37,841 nt of DNA from a candidate division WOR-3 bacterium (GTDB lineage Bacteria; Hydrothermota; Tepidihabitantia; B3-TA06): contig CBFGKC010000014.1 of NCBI GenBank assembly GCA_965649265.1, positions 244 through 38,084 on the forward strand. Direction: 5' to 3'. Made by a program: the position numbers and the translations under genes. Below are positions 18,711 through 27,695 of this stretch, one piece after another. The notes under the pieces are model-generated. The model had not been told where the DNA came from. It saw only the letters and a list, made by a program, of their open reading frames with translations, and made no database searches. The number at the start of each line of letters is the position of its first letter. The stretch's first letter is position 1.

Positions 18711-18884
18711 ACCGGCCTTTCGTTTTGTGTGGGGAGGGGGACCGAGTATTGTTTTTTTCAAATCCCTCTTCTAACTGGTATCAGAATTCCTTCTGCACAA
18801 CTTGATTGTCTTCCAATTCTTTCTTTATACCCTTTCTCATTCTATTCGCAAGTTAATTTAACCAGGAACATTATTAAAAGAAAC

Positions 18885-18912
18885 TTGATTCTGAAAATCG
18901 TATGTGTAATAT
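18885..18912 (+). promoter_or_regulatory. Orphan sigma70-type promoter TTGATT-N16-TAATAT with no downstream + strand gene
   Basis: Same 16-bp geometry as the other promoters; followed by a long hairpin. Confidence 0.4.
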
Positions 18913-18917
18913 CATAA

Positions 18918-18996
18918 GAAGAGCTTATTGCGAAGCGCATCGGCGATACTGGAGTGACGTCAGTAAACGCCTCAATTAACTTCGCGAAATTCTCTC
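18918..18996 (+). ncRNA. Candidate small structured RNA (rod-like hairpin)
   Basis: Nested pairings TTGCGAAG/CTTCGCGA, GGCG/CGCC, TACTG/CAGTA; family not recognised. Confidence 0.3.
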
Positions 18997-19019
18997 GAGT
19001 CAGAATGATTGGACAGAGC

Positions 19020-20846
19020 TTATTTCAACTGGGCCAGTTTTTCCTTGGCGCGCTGTATATTCTTGGCTGCGTTGCCGTAGGTCGAATCGATCTCAAGGAC
19101 CTGCTGCCAGTATTCAATTGCCTGCTCGTACTGGTTATTCGTATAAGCCTGTACACCGAGAAGGTAGAGTTCGTTGGCGTCCTTTTTCTGGATTTTACCT
19201 TTCATGCGGTTAAGGTAATCCTTGGCCGTGGAATTGGCAGGGTCAAGCGCAAGCACCGCGTAGAAGGAGTTCTGAGCGTTGACGAAATAACCGCGGTTGT
19301 AGTAATCTACACCTTGCGTGAGCGACTCCGACACCAAAGAGGAAATCTTGGTCTGGTATGTGGTGACCTTTGAGGTAATGTTCTTATCGGATGGAGCCAT
19401 GTTGTGCAGACGGTTGGCAAGCGCAAGCGCTTCGCGCCAGCGGCCTTTACGTTCAAGAACGTCCAGCTGACTCATGCCCTGGGAAACCTGTTCGGTTATC
19501 TTTTCAGCAGTCTGTTTCTGGTAAGTCTGGACGGCGGTTGATTTGGGCTGAAGTTTCTGTATTTTTCCCCATGTGTCGGTGGCGCCCTTAAGATCACCTG
19601 CGGCGTACTGCTCGAGACCCTGCTGGTACAGTGCGTTGATTTCTCCCGAGTTGCGAGTTGAGCTTGTCTGAGCAAGAATGTTCTGGGAGAACTTTCGCTG
19701 TGCCTCATCTGCAAGTGCCTTTGCTTCCGTGGAGGTGGAATCGATCTTCAGGGCTTCCTGAGCCTTGCTGAGTGCTTCGAGGTAATCCTGTGTTCTAATT
19801 GCGGCGTTGGAGGCCGCAATCAAAGCTGCCAGCTCGGTTGAATTCTTCTCGGTACGCACCCTTTCCAGCCAGCTTAAGGCTTCCTTGTTGGATGGGTCCC
19901 ATATCAAGGCAACATCGAGTGCATTGAGGGCCGCGTCGTAGTCACCCTCCTTGTAAAGGGAGATGCCCTGTGTAGTGTAAGTTTTGCTTGTAATCTCGTT
20001 CTTGGTCTTCTGCTCGTTCTCGATCGCGGCAAGCCTTTCCTGAACCTCTTTCGTGGAAGCGATGCTGAAGAGCAGGGAAAGTCCAATTCTTCCGTTTCCA
20101 TACCCAAAATCTGAATAACTCAGGTTAATGCGGCAAAGATTCAAGTCGGAAGCGAACAATACGCCGAACCTGTTGTTATCCGATCCCCAGCCGCCGCCGA
20201 ACTCCAGTGGAAATCCCACCAGGTCGTCGAGCTTGAACAAAGCGGCCAGCCGCACTGACTCCATATTGCTCGATAAGAAAGGATCCCTTGCGTTGAAATT
20301 GGCCATGAACCTGAAAAACGCGACACTGTAGTCGAGACCTGCCTGAACGTTAAACCAGTCAATGTAGCGTGCCGACATCGCGAGTGATATTTCTCCGGGG
20401 ACGTCAGCGAATTTAATGGAAGGGACCGACAATCCTATTGCGACGGCGGGCCTTAAAGGCATGGTCCCGTACGCTTCATATCTTAAACCGAGGCTGGCTC
20501 CGGTGTGAAGGAATCCAAGTTTATATGCCGCTCCTGCAAGGATTCCGCTGCCGCCTTCCTCGTCACGATATCCGGCGAGTCCTGTTCCGAATTTCCCAAG
20601 CGGCTGGCTGTAGCCTAAAAAACTGACGTCCAGAAGGAAGGGCAAATCGACGACGCTCGAACCTATCTGATAGCCTACCGGATTGTAAAGAAGCTTCCTG
20701 TCCTGCGTTCTTGTAAGTAACGCCGGGTTAATGAATAACGCCAGAGGCTGATCCGCGATTGTAACACATGCATCAGCGAGTCCGTTGACTCTGGCCTCCC
20801 CGAGGGGTAAAGATATTATTGATAATAAGAAAACAATCTCCTGCAT
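19020..20846 (-). CDS. TPR-repeat protein with N-terminal PorV/FadL-like beta-barrel region
   Basis: ALFINPALL motif and amphipathic beta-strands N-terminally; multiple TPRs (YEQAIEYWQQVLEID); ATG 20846. Confidence 0.75.
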   Translation of the reverse strand: MQEIVFLLSIISLPLGEARVNGLADACVTIADQPLALFINPALLTRTQDRKLLYNPVGYQIGSSVVDLPFLLDVSFLGYSQPLGKFGTGLAGYRDEEGGSGILAGAAYKLGFLHTGASLGLRYEAYGTMPLRPAVAIGLSVPSIKFADVPGEISLAMSARYIDWFNVQAGLDYSVAFFRFMANFNARDPFLSSNMESVRLAALFKLDDLVGFPLEFGGGWGSDNNRFGVLFASDLNLCRINLSYSDFGYGNGRIGLSLLFSIASTKEVQERLAAIENEQKTKNEITSKTYTTQGISLYKEGDYDAALNALDVALIWDPSNKEALSWLERVRTEKNSTELAALIAASNAAIRTQDYLEALSKAQEALKIDSTSTEAKALADEAQRKFSQNILAQTSSTRNSGEINALYQQGLEQYAAGDLKGATDTWGKIQKLQPKSTAVQTYQKQTAEKITEQVSQGMSQLDVLERKGRWREALALANRLHNMAPSDKNITSKVTTYQTKISSLVSESLTQGVDYYNRGYFVNAQNSFYAVLALDPANSTAKDYLNRMKGKIQKKDANELYLLGVQAYTNNQYEQAIEYWQQVLEIDSTYGNAAKNIQRAKEKLAQLK

Positions 20847-20853
20847 ATCTAAA

Positions 20854-20881
20854 ATTTTAATTGGCAATTAAGCTTTGTCAA
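20854..20881 (-). promoter_or_regulatory. sigma70-type promoter TTGACA-N16-TAAAAT, leaderless
   Basis: ATG 20846 is 7 nt after the -10 box. Confidence 0.65.
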
Positions 20882-20919
20882 TAGGTAAAAACCCTTATTT
20901 TCGATAGGGGGAGGGGGGG

Positions 20920-20947
20920 TTGACAACGCTTCACTCTTGTGTATCTT
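20920..20947 (+). promoter_or_regulatory. sigma70-type promoter TTGACA-N16-TATCTT
   Basis: Upstream of the 2TM-ABC operon; AGGAG SD follows. Confidence 0.65.
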
Positions 20948-20973
20948 GCATAGTTAAAAAGGAGTTTAGCGCG

Positions 20974-21249
20974 ATGGAGCAGGAAATCCGCCGGAAGGCC
21001 GAAGAAAGAGTTGAGAGGCGGATTAGTTTTTTCATGCACCTCTTGATTTATGTGGTCATCAATCTTGGGCTTTTTTTTATCTGGTTTTTCACATCGAATC
21101 ACGGTAAGGGCTTTGGCTGGTTCATTATCCCCCTCGCAGGATGGGGTGTTGGTTTACTGGCACACTTTCTTGATGTTTTCCTATTCTACGGCATCAGGGA
21201 AAGAATGATTGACAAAGAAATGCATAAAATCCGCGAAAGGAAAAGATGA
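20974..21249 (+). CDS. 2TM domain membrane protein
   Basis: FFMHLLIYVVINLGL...WFIIPLAGWGVGLLAH signature. Confidence 0.85.
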   Translation: MEQEIRRKAEERVERRISFFMHLLIYVVINLGLFFIWFFTSNHGKGFGWFIIPLAGWGVGLLAHFLDVFLFYGIRERMIDKEMHKIRERKR

Positions 21250-21977
21250 CGGACAAAGTTCTCGTTATAGAAAACCTTGAAAAGCGATTCGGAAACGTTC
21301 AGGCGCTTGGAGGTATCAGTTTCGAGGCAAGAAAGGGAGAGTTGTTCGGTCTCCTCGGCCCCAACGGCGCCGGAAAGACCACTACAATAAGATCCATATG
21401 TTCAATAATTAAACCGGACGCCGGTTCGATCGAAGTAGACGGCGTCAACGTAAGAAAACACCCTCTCGAGGCACTGAAAAAGATGGCCGTCGTGCTCGAG
21501 GAAGGATCACTGTACGAAAGATTGACCTCTGAAGAGAACATGATTCTCTTTGCCGAGTTTCACGGCCTCAAAAAAGACGTAATAAGGGAGAGAGTTGAGC
21601 AAGTTTCCAAAACCCTGGGGCTGGATGAATTCCTGAAGCGGCAGTTCAAGGGACTTTCCAAGGGTAACAGGCAGAAGGTTCTTTTAGGTCAGGCTCTGGT
21701 TGTTGATCCCCCTCTTCTTATACTCGACGAGCCGACCGCCGGGCTCGACGTGCCCACGCAGAAGTCGATTCGCGATCTCCTGAAGAAGATCAAAAAATCG
21801 AGAACGATTCTTTACTCGACACACATAATGTCCGAGGCCGAGGAGCTGTGTGACAGGGCTGCCATCATCGACCACGGCAGGTTAATGGCTCAGGGTACTG
21901 TCCCGGAGCTCTTAAAGAAGACAAATACGAAAACGCTTGAAGAGTCGTTCCTCAAACTGGTAGGTAGAAATGTTTAA
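21246..21977 (+). CDS. ABC exporter ATP-binding subunit (NatA-like)
   Basis: Walker A GPNGAGKTT, LSKG signature, LILDEPTAGLD, STH. Confidence 0.92.
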   Translation: MTDKVLVIENLEKRFGNVQALGGISFEARKGELFGLLGPNGAGKTTTIRSICSIIKPDAGSIEVDGVNVRKHPLEALKKMAVVLEEGSLYERLTSEENMILFAEFHGLKKDVIRERVEQVSKTLGLDEFLKRQFKGLSKGNRQKVLLGQALVVDPPLLILDEPTAGLDVPTQKSIRDLLKKIKKSRTILYSTHIMSEAEELCDRAAIIDHGRLMAQGTVPELLKKTNTKTLEESFLKLVGRNV

Positions 21978-23151
21978 AGGCATTGGTTTGATATTTCGCA
22001 AGGAGATGTGGACGGCGTTTCGCGACAAGCGCACGTTCTTTTTCCTGATACTTTTCCCCCTTCTCGTATGGCCGGCGTTTACTATACTGCCTACACTTTT
22101 CATCGGGGGTCAGGAAAAACATGCCCTGGAAAAGAGTTCATCGGTCGTTCTCGTAGCGCCGTTCCCGGTACCCGATCTCGAGGCTCAATTCAAAAACTCC
22201 AAAAGGGTCAAGCTCGTAAAAACGGCAGATCCTTCTTCGGCAATCTCGGAGAAGAAGGCTTCGTGCGTGGTCTACGTAGACAGCCTTTCCCGCGATTCCA
22301 TGGTTCTCTATACGCGCATTGCCTTCGACGCCACCCAGGTCGACTCACGCGTGGCCGCGGACAAAGTTGAACTTCTCTTGACCGAGTACGAACGCGAATC
22401 CGTGAGAAAACGCCTGGCGAACAAGGGGGTCGACGAACGATTGCTGACTGCGATTTCGGCGGAACGCGAGAATATAGTGAATCCACAGCAGATGGTAGGC
22501 TTCTATATGGGATTCGTTATCGGCATGTTCATCGTCATGGGTGCATTGATGGGTGCCTCATCGATCGTTATCGATTCCACGGCTGGGGAGAAGGAGCGCA
22601 AGACGCTCGAACTGCTTTTAACGGCGCCTATTCCTCGCTCCTCAATAATGTTCGGGAAATATCTTGCCGGGGTTACGTTCGCCTTCATATCGCCTATCCT
22701 TACCGCTCTGGGGATGTCTCTGGCGGCGTCCTTCATTATTCCCTTGATTTCGCAGGGGGCGGGCACAATCAATTTGCAGGGGATGGTTTCGGTGGGAAAG
22801 ATTCTCTTGATCCTTCTCATCATTCTACTTCTTGCCGCGTTCATAGCCGCGCTCCTGATGGCAATCGCGGTCAGAACGAATTCCACCAAACAGGCAGGAG
22901 CATACATGGCTCCACTGAACATCATAATGGTCATACCCATCATCTTCATGCAGATAATACCTGCCGCGCCGCCCGCCTGGATGTTTTTCGTTCCGTTCAT
23001 GAACGTGATGCTCGTTCTGAGAGGTCTGTTCATGAACACACTTCCCGGGATGGCTATCGTATACACTATTGTCTCGAGCGTGGTGTTCCTTGCTTTGGCC
23101 TTGAGGTTTGCGGCATCTGGATTCGGCTCGGAAAAGGTGCTCCTCAAGTAA
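21970..23151 (+). CDS. ABC-2 type permease (NatB-like)
   Basis: RKE...RDKRT; DSTAGEKERKTLELLLTAPI.R..I..GK. Confidence 0.9.
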   Translation: MFKGIGLIFRKEMWTAFRDKRTFFFLILFPLLVWPAFTILPTLFIGGQEKHALEKSSSVVLVAPFPVPDLEAQFKNSKRVKLVKTADPSSAISEKKASCVVYVDSLSRDSMVLYTRIAFDATQVDSRVAADKVELLLTEYERESVRKRLANKGVDERLLTAISAERENIVNPQQMVGFYMGFVIGMFIVMGALMGASSIVIDSTAGEKERKTLELLLTAPIPRSSIMFGKYLAGVTFAFISPILTALGMSLAASFIIPLISQGAGTINLQGMVSVGKILLILLIILLLAAFIAALLMAIAVRTNSTKQAGAYMAPLNIIMVIPIIFMQIIPAAPPAWMFFVPFMNVMLVLRGLFMNTLPGMAIVYTIVSSVVFLALALRFAASGFGSEKVLLK

Positions 23152-23263
23152 GCCCTCCTCAGCCCCCTCAGGAGTCACGAAGATAATTCCGCCATTTACG
23201 GGGATTGTTTCATTCAGGAGGAAGCATTATTTTTGATAATAATGTTCGGACAAAACTTCTCAT

Positions 23264-23340
23264 GCGCCTCCGGCGCTCGCCCTTGGATTATAGAAAGTGG
23301 ATGGCGGAAGCGCAGCTTGCGCCCGGCGCCTCCGGCGCTC
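23264..23340 (+). repeat. Two copies of the palindromic 15-mer GCGCCTCCGGCGCTC (REP-like)
   Basis: Copies at 23264-23278 and 23326-23340; each folds GCGCC-TCC-GGCGC. Confidence 0.6.
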
Positions 23341-23437
23341 ACGCTCCTCAGTCCTCCAGAGTCCTTCGCAGAACGGGTGATTCTTCGAAGCGTCTATTTT
23401 GTGGTTTTAGGGTATGATCTCGGACTTATATCGTAAT

Positions 23438-23463
23438 AAAGCGCCCCTCCAGGGGGCGCTTTT
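23438..23463. terminator. Probable bidirectional intrinsic terminator
   Basis: AAAGCGCCCC...GGGGCGCTTT stem between convergent ABC permease and OmpA genes. Confidence 0.75.
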
Positions 23464-23480
23464 ACAATGTCGTCTATTTA

Positions 23481-25160
23481 CTACTTTAGGATGGTGAACT
23501 CCACGCGGCGGTTCTTTGTCATGTTTTCTTCGGTGTCGTTGGGAGCGACCGGCTGGCTTTCGCCGTACCCTTTGGCGAAGAGCCTTGAGCCTGCGATGCC
23601 GTGTTTGTCTATTAGATATAGCCTTACGGCCTCGGCTCTTTCCTGGGAGAGTTTCTGGTTGTACACGTCGGAGCCGCGGTTATCGGTGTGCCCGCCGATC
23701 TCCACGTTGATGTCCGGGTTCTCGAGAAGGATCTTTGCCGCCTCGTCGAGAATAGGGTACGATTCCGGAAGTATCACGGCCTTGGCGGTCTCGAAGTTGA
23801 TGCCGCGGAACGCTATTTTCATGCCTTTCTTGATGAGCTTGAAGTCCTTGACCGCGCCGGTCTTACTGACTATAACGGAGGCGGTCTGGGGAAGATAACC
23901 CTCGGATGTCACCTCAACTCCGTATGTTCCCGGTTTTACCTGGACCTTGAATATCCCGGTGGCGGGATCGGTCATTACCTCAGGAAGAGGCGAGTCCGTG
24001 AACCGTATTGCCGCGGCAAGGGGCGCGTCCTTCTCCCTTTCGTGAACGGTGCCGGAAAACGTCACTAGGGAAGGTTTGAGCGCAAAGTCGATCTCGCTTA
24101 CTTGCCCGTCGAGAACGGCCACAGACTTTTTCTCGCTCGAATAGCCTTCCGCAATCGCTTCAAGGGTGTAGGTCCCCGGTGCAAGGGAGTCCAGCTTGAA
24201 GCCCATCGAACCGGCGTCGATCATACCGGTTGCCGGCCCAGAGTAACTGACCTTGGCAACGATTCCGGTTCCTTTTTCGGAATCCTTGACCATTCCGCTG
24301 ATTGAACCAATCGGGATGTGTTTCTTTGGAGGTGTAGACCAGGAGATGCCTGTAGTAATGGTGTGAAAGAAGTTTTCGCGCGGGTCGCTCGTGTCTGCGA
24401 GTATCAGGAAATCCATGCCGTAATCCACATGGAATCCGAAGGGCAAATTGAGCCTTAGGGTCGGAGTAAGCCAGATATCGCCAGGCTGTTCGGTATAAAG
24501 CTCGGTCAGCAAGGTGATAAATCTTGTCGGTATCTCGAGACCCGCTCCCAGCATCATGCGGTTGCGTCCGAAATATCCTGCAATGTTGTACTCGTTGACG
24601 AGCGAGTCGTAAGTGTCCATGCTCAACATGTATCCTGCGTTGAGATGGAGGAGGAGGGGGAACTTCATGACGTCCCTGAAATCGGCGGTTATAAGACCGC
24701 GGCCGCCTAAGTCGAATCCGTTCGAGTAGCCCGCAGGGAAGAAAGACGCCGAGGCAAGCGGGACCAGCACCCTTGCCTGGAGCCCGAGTTTCAGAACCTT
24801 CATCCTTGAATATGAGGCCTTGGCGTTTACTTCCATGTCCCACAGGCCTATGTCGGCCGTGTCGTTCGCCCTAGGCTTGTAATATCCTATAGCCGGAACG
24901 AGCCCGACCTCGAGGAATTCCAGGGGCGCCCAGCTTGCTCCAAGCCGCAGGATTCCGTCCCACGTTGAAAAGTTGCCGTCGTTCATGTGGTAGGCGCCTG
25001 CAGGATTGCCGGCAAGATGCAGATTGAAGGATAACGCTCCTTTCGTTATGGACGCATTCTGAACCCTGAACAGGCCTGATCCGGCCGTTACAGTGGGTGC
25101 GGCCTTGAGTGTCGACATCAAAAGGGGGATAATCATTAAAACGGGTACGCATCTCTTCAT
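23481..25160 (-). CDS. OmpA family outer-membrane protein (signal peptide, beta-barrel-like N-terminus, two carboxypeptidase-regulatory-like repeats, OmpA C-terminal domain)
   Basis: INFETAKA...GHTDNRGS...NQKLSQERA...GYGESQP...NRRVEF; ATG 25160 after GGAG. Confidence 0.9.
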   Translation of the reverse strand: MKRCVPVLMIIPLLMSTLKAAPTVTAGSGLFRVQNASITKGALSFNLHLAGNPAGAYHMNDGNFSTWDGILRLGASWAPLEFLEVGLVPAIGYYKPRANDTADIGLWDMEVNAKASYSRMKVLKLGLQARVLVPLASASFFPAGYSNGFDLGGRGLITADFRDVMKFPLLLHLNAGYMLSMDTYDSLVNEYNIAGYFGRNRMMLGAGLEIPTRFITLLTELYTEQPGDIWLTPTLRLNLPFGFHVDYGMDFLILADTSDPRENFFHTITTGISWSTPPKKHIPIGSISGMVKDSEKGTGIVAKVSYSGPATGMIDAGSMGFKLDSLAPGTYTLEAIAEGYSSEKKSVAVLDGQVSEIDFALKPSLVTFSGTVHEREKDAPLAAAIRFTDSPLPEVMTDPATGIFKVQVKPGTYGVEVTSEGYLPQTASVIVSKTGAVKDFKLIKKGMKIAFRGINFETAKAVILPESYPILDEAAKILLENPDINVEIGGHTDNRGSDVYNQKLSQERAEAVRLYLIDKHGIAGSRLFAKGYGESQPVAPNDTEENMTKNRRVEFTILK

Positions 25161-25229
25161 ACTTATCTCCTCTGGTTTTTGGTTTTGCGCAGGAACCCTC
25201 CTCAAGGGCTCCTCTCCGTTAATGTATTT

Positions 25230-25257
25230 AGTATAGGAGAGAAACATATGCCGTCAA
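25230..25257 (-). promoter_or_regulatory. sigma70-type promoter TTGACG-N16-TATACT
   Basis: Upstream of the ompA-like gene. Confidence 0.7.
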
Positions 25258-25288
25258 GGTGTACTGTTTTGTTCCACCACGATAAAAT

Positions 25289-25316
25289 TTGACATCTCGA
25301 TACGGCAGCCTATAAT
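25289..25316 (+). promoter_or_regulatory. sigma70-type promoter TTGACA-N16-TATAAT
   Basis: Perfect hexamers upstream of the stomatin gene. Confidence 0.8.
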
Positions 25317-25338
25317 CTTCTAAACTAAAGGAGGCGTT

Positions 25339-26136
25339 ATGACGCAAACTTATATACTTATCGGCGTTGCCGTTCTGGTTTTGATAATCATTATTTCCGC
25401 TATCAAGATCCTTCGGGAGTACGAGCGCGGCGTAATCTTTCGTCTTGGGCGACTCGTGGGAGTCAAAGGGCCAGGTCTTATTTTCCTTATACCGTTCGGA
25501 ATAGACAAGATGGTCAAGGTCAGTCTCAGGACCATCACGATGGATATCCCGCCGCAGGACATCATAACTCGTGATAACGTCACCGTCGAGGTCAACGCGG
25601 TCGCGTACTTCAGGCCCATGGAGGCGGCAAAGGCGGTTGTGGAGGTTCAGGATTTCGTGTACGCCACCTCCCAGATTGCCCAGACGACGCTTCGATCCGT
25701 GCTCGGCGAGTACGAGCTTGACGATCTTTTATCTGAGCGCGAAAAGATAAATGAACGTCTGCAAAAGATTATTGACAAGCAGACCGACCCCTGGGGCGTC
25801 AAGGTTTCCATGGTCGAAATAAAGGACGTGAATCTTCCGGAGGAGATGCGCAGGGCTATAGGGCGTCAGGCCGAGGCCGAACGCGAGCGCCGCGCAAAGG
25901 TTATCCATGCCGAGGGCGAGTACCAGGCGTCGGAAAAACTCAGCGAGGCGGCGTCGGTTCTTGATAAAACACCAACTGCGATCCAACTTCGATTCCTTGG
26001 TACCCTGGCCGAGATAGCCACGGAGAAAAATTCGACAATCGTGTTCCCTGTGCCGATTGATATCCTTCAGACCTGGATTAAGAAGATGGGTCCCGATAAG
26101 GAAGTGTCCGGCAGAACCCGTTCCAGGAAAAAATAA
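25339..26136 (+). CDS. Slipin/stomatin (SPFH, band 7) family protein
   Basis: [42 protein letters not shown]; AAGGAGG SD. Confidence 0.95.
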   Translation: MTQTYILIGVAVLVLIIIISAIKILREYERGVIFRLGRLVGVKGPGLIFLIPFGIDKMVKVSLRTITMDIPPQDIITRDNVTVEVNAVAYFRPMEAAKAVVEVQDFVYATSQIAQTTLRSVLGEYELDDLLSEREKINERLQKIIDKQTDPWGVKVSMVEIKDVNLPEEMRRAIGRQAEAERERRAKVIHAEGEYQASEKLSEAASVLDKTPTAIQLRFLGTLAEIATEKNSTIVFPVPIDILQTWIKKMGPDKEVSGRTRSRKK

Positions 26137-26138
26137 TA

Positions 26139-27026
26139 TTGGGCTTGATTCTGGACAAGGAGTCCATTGCGCTGCTGCGGGCGGCGAGCCGCGGCGGCTG
26201 GGCTATCCCCTCTGATCTGGCTTCAAGAACGGGGCTTGATCCGAAAGAAGCAGGGCTCAGGCTGAAAGCGCTTGAGCAGTCAGGCGTCATCAGCCGTTTC
26301 AAGTTGATCCCGTTTCTTCCGGCTCTTGAAGGAGACGTCTGGGGTCGTTACGTTATTCGACTTCATAAACTGGATACGGAGCTCGAAAAAAAACTCGAGG
26401 CCAGTCTTGCGGGTCTCGAGGAATCCATTCACAACGCCTGTTTTTTCACGAGACGTTTTCCTCACACGAGTTTTTTTTGTTTCTCAAGAACCATTGAGGA
26501 GTTGAAACTTACGCTGCGGGAGCTGTCCCTGGAAGAAGAACCTCTTCTTGCAAGAGAATACAATTTTCCTTTCAAGGCTTCACTGAGTGACGAGGAACGG
26601 CTTATTTTAAGGGTTCTCAACTCTACAGGCGAGACCTCGCCCGTCGTTCTTGCAGGCTACCTGGGCAAAGATACGGCATGGGTCGAGGCCAAGCTTTCCA
26701 GGCTTCTTCTTCACACAGATAACCCCCAGGGGGTGGCGATTCTCAAGCCCACTATACGCTGGTACAAGATCGATAACTTCATTCACGCGCACGTGTTAAT
26801 GCCTTATGCTGCAAAGGCCAATCTTCCTGTACTTTGCGCGGGCAGAGAATGGAATATTCTGGCCATGCCGCTTGAAACGTCTGAAACGGTCGCAATTGAG
26901 GCGGATTTCAACGGGTGGGGAGATTTTGCGGAGTGGAAGGAGCGCTGTGAACTAAAGGGCTTCGCGCCCCAGGGGTTCGCCCTGTTTGCCGAGGAGCGCG
27001 TTCACGGGAAAGGTTTTGAGTTCTAG
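26139..27026 (+). CDS. Tandem winged-helix (Lrp/AsnC-like) protein
   Basis: Two HTH-like segments: SDLASRTGL...RLKALEQSGVI and LSDEERLILRVL...LAGYLG...KLSRL; TTG start 2 nt after the upstream stop. Confidence 0.6.
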   Translation: MGLILDKESIALLRAASRGGWAIPSDLASRTGLDPKEAGLRLKALEQSGVISRFKLIPFLPALEGDVWGRYVIRLHKLDTELEKKLEASLAGLEESIHNACFFTRRFPHTSFFCFSRTIEELKLTLRELSLEEEPLLAREYNFPFKASLSDEERLILRVLNSTGETSPVVLAGYLGKDTAWVEAKLSRLLLHTDNPQGVAILKPTIRWYKIDNFIHAHVLMPYAAKANLPVLCAGREWNILAMPLETSETVAIEADFNGWGDFAEWKERCELKGFAPQGFALFAEERVHGKGFEF

Positions 27027-27695
27027 TCGGTTTTCAGTCATCTCAATGTAAGAGAAGTTCTCGATCCAGTCTCCGGTTATGTAAAATTTCCTGTCATTGT
27101 GAAAAAAACAGAGCGGTTCATGATGGTGACCGCTTACCACTATCTCCGCGTCGGGATCGATAGGTTTGAGGTTTGAGGCGGCAAATCTTCTTAAGAAGGG
27201 GGCGTGTCGTTCGCGGCTAACGTGCGCGGCTTTTAACGCAAGCGAAAAACCCAGTTTGAACGGAAGAAGGGAATAGAGCCACACGCAATCAGGGTTGCGC
27301 ATGATTCGCGAAGCGAAATTTGAAACGCTGTCCTGTTCACGCAGGAGCCCGTGAAAGAGTTGGATACGGCGCGCGCAAAGCTCCTTGACCTGTCCGTCTT
27401 TGACTATCTTGAATCCTTTGCCGCAGAGATAGTCGGTCATCCACAGATCGTGATTGCCGGGAAGAAAAAATATTTCGACACCGCAGGATATCAGGTTCAC
27501 TAATTCCTGAACCAGCGGTTCGTAGTGAGGAAGGATGCGGCCCGAGAAAACGAAACCGAACTCGAAGATATCACCCAGAAGATAAAGCGAGTCACCCGGT
27601 CTGACAACTCGTACGAGAAAGCGGGTAAAAAGCTCCTGTCTCACGGGTTCGTCGGGTCTGGCGTGGAGGTCGGAGAGAAAAAAGATTCTTTTCAC
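26952..27695 (-). CDS. UDP-2,3-diacylglucosamine hydrolase-like metallophosphoesterase (LpxH-like)
   Basis: SDLH, LGDIFE, GNHD, FHG, GHHH, GDW motifs; GTGA overlap with the upstream gene. Confidence 0.8.
   Translation of the reverse strand: MKRIFFLSDLHARPDEPVRQELFTRFLVRVVRPGDSLYLLGDIFEFGFVFSGRILPHYEPLVQELVNLISCGVEIFFLPGNHDLWMTDYLCGKGFKIVKDGQVKELCARRIQLFHGLLREQDSVSNFASRIMRNPDCVWLYSLLPFKLGFSLALKAAHVSRERHAPFLRRFAASNLKPIDPDAEIVVSGHHHEPLCFFHNDRKFYITGDWIENFSYIEMTENRLELKTFPVNALLGKQGEPLGREAL

Noticed and set aside
18940-18975. Fluoride riboswitch (GGCGAT...TAAACGC resemblance)
   Set aside because: Lacks the GGCGATGGnGTTCGCC and GCTnATGAC core, and there is no downstream gene
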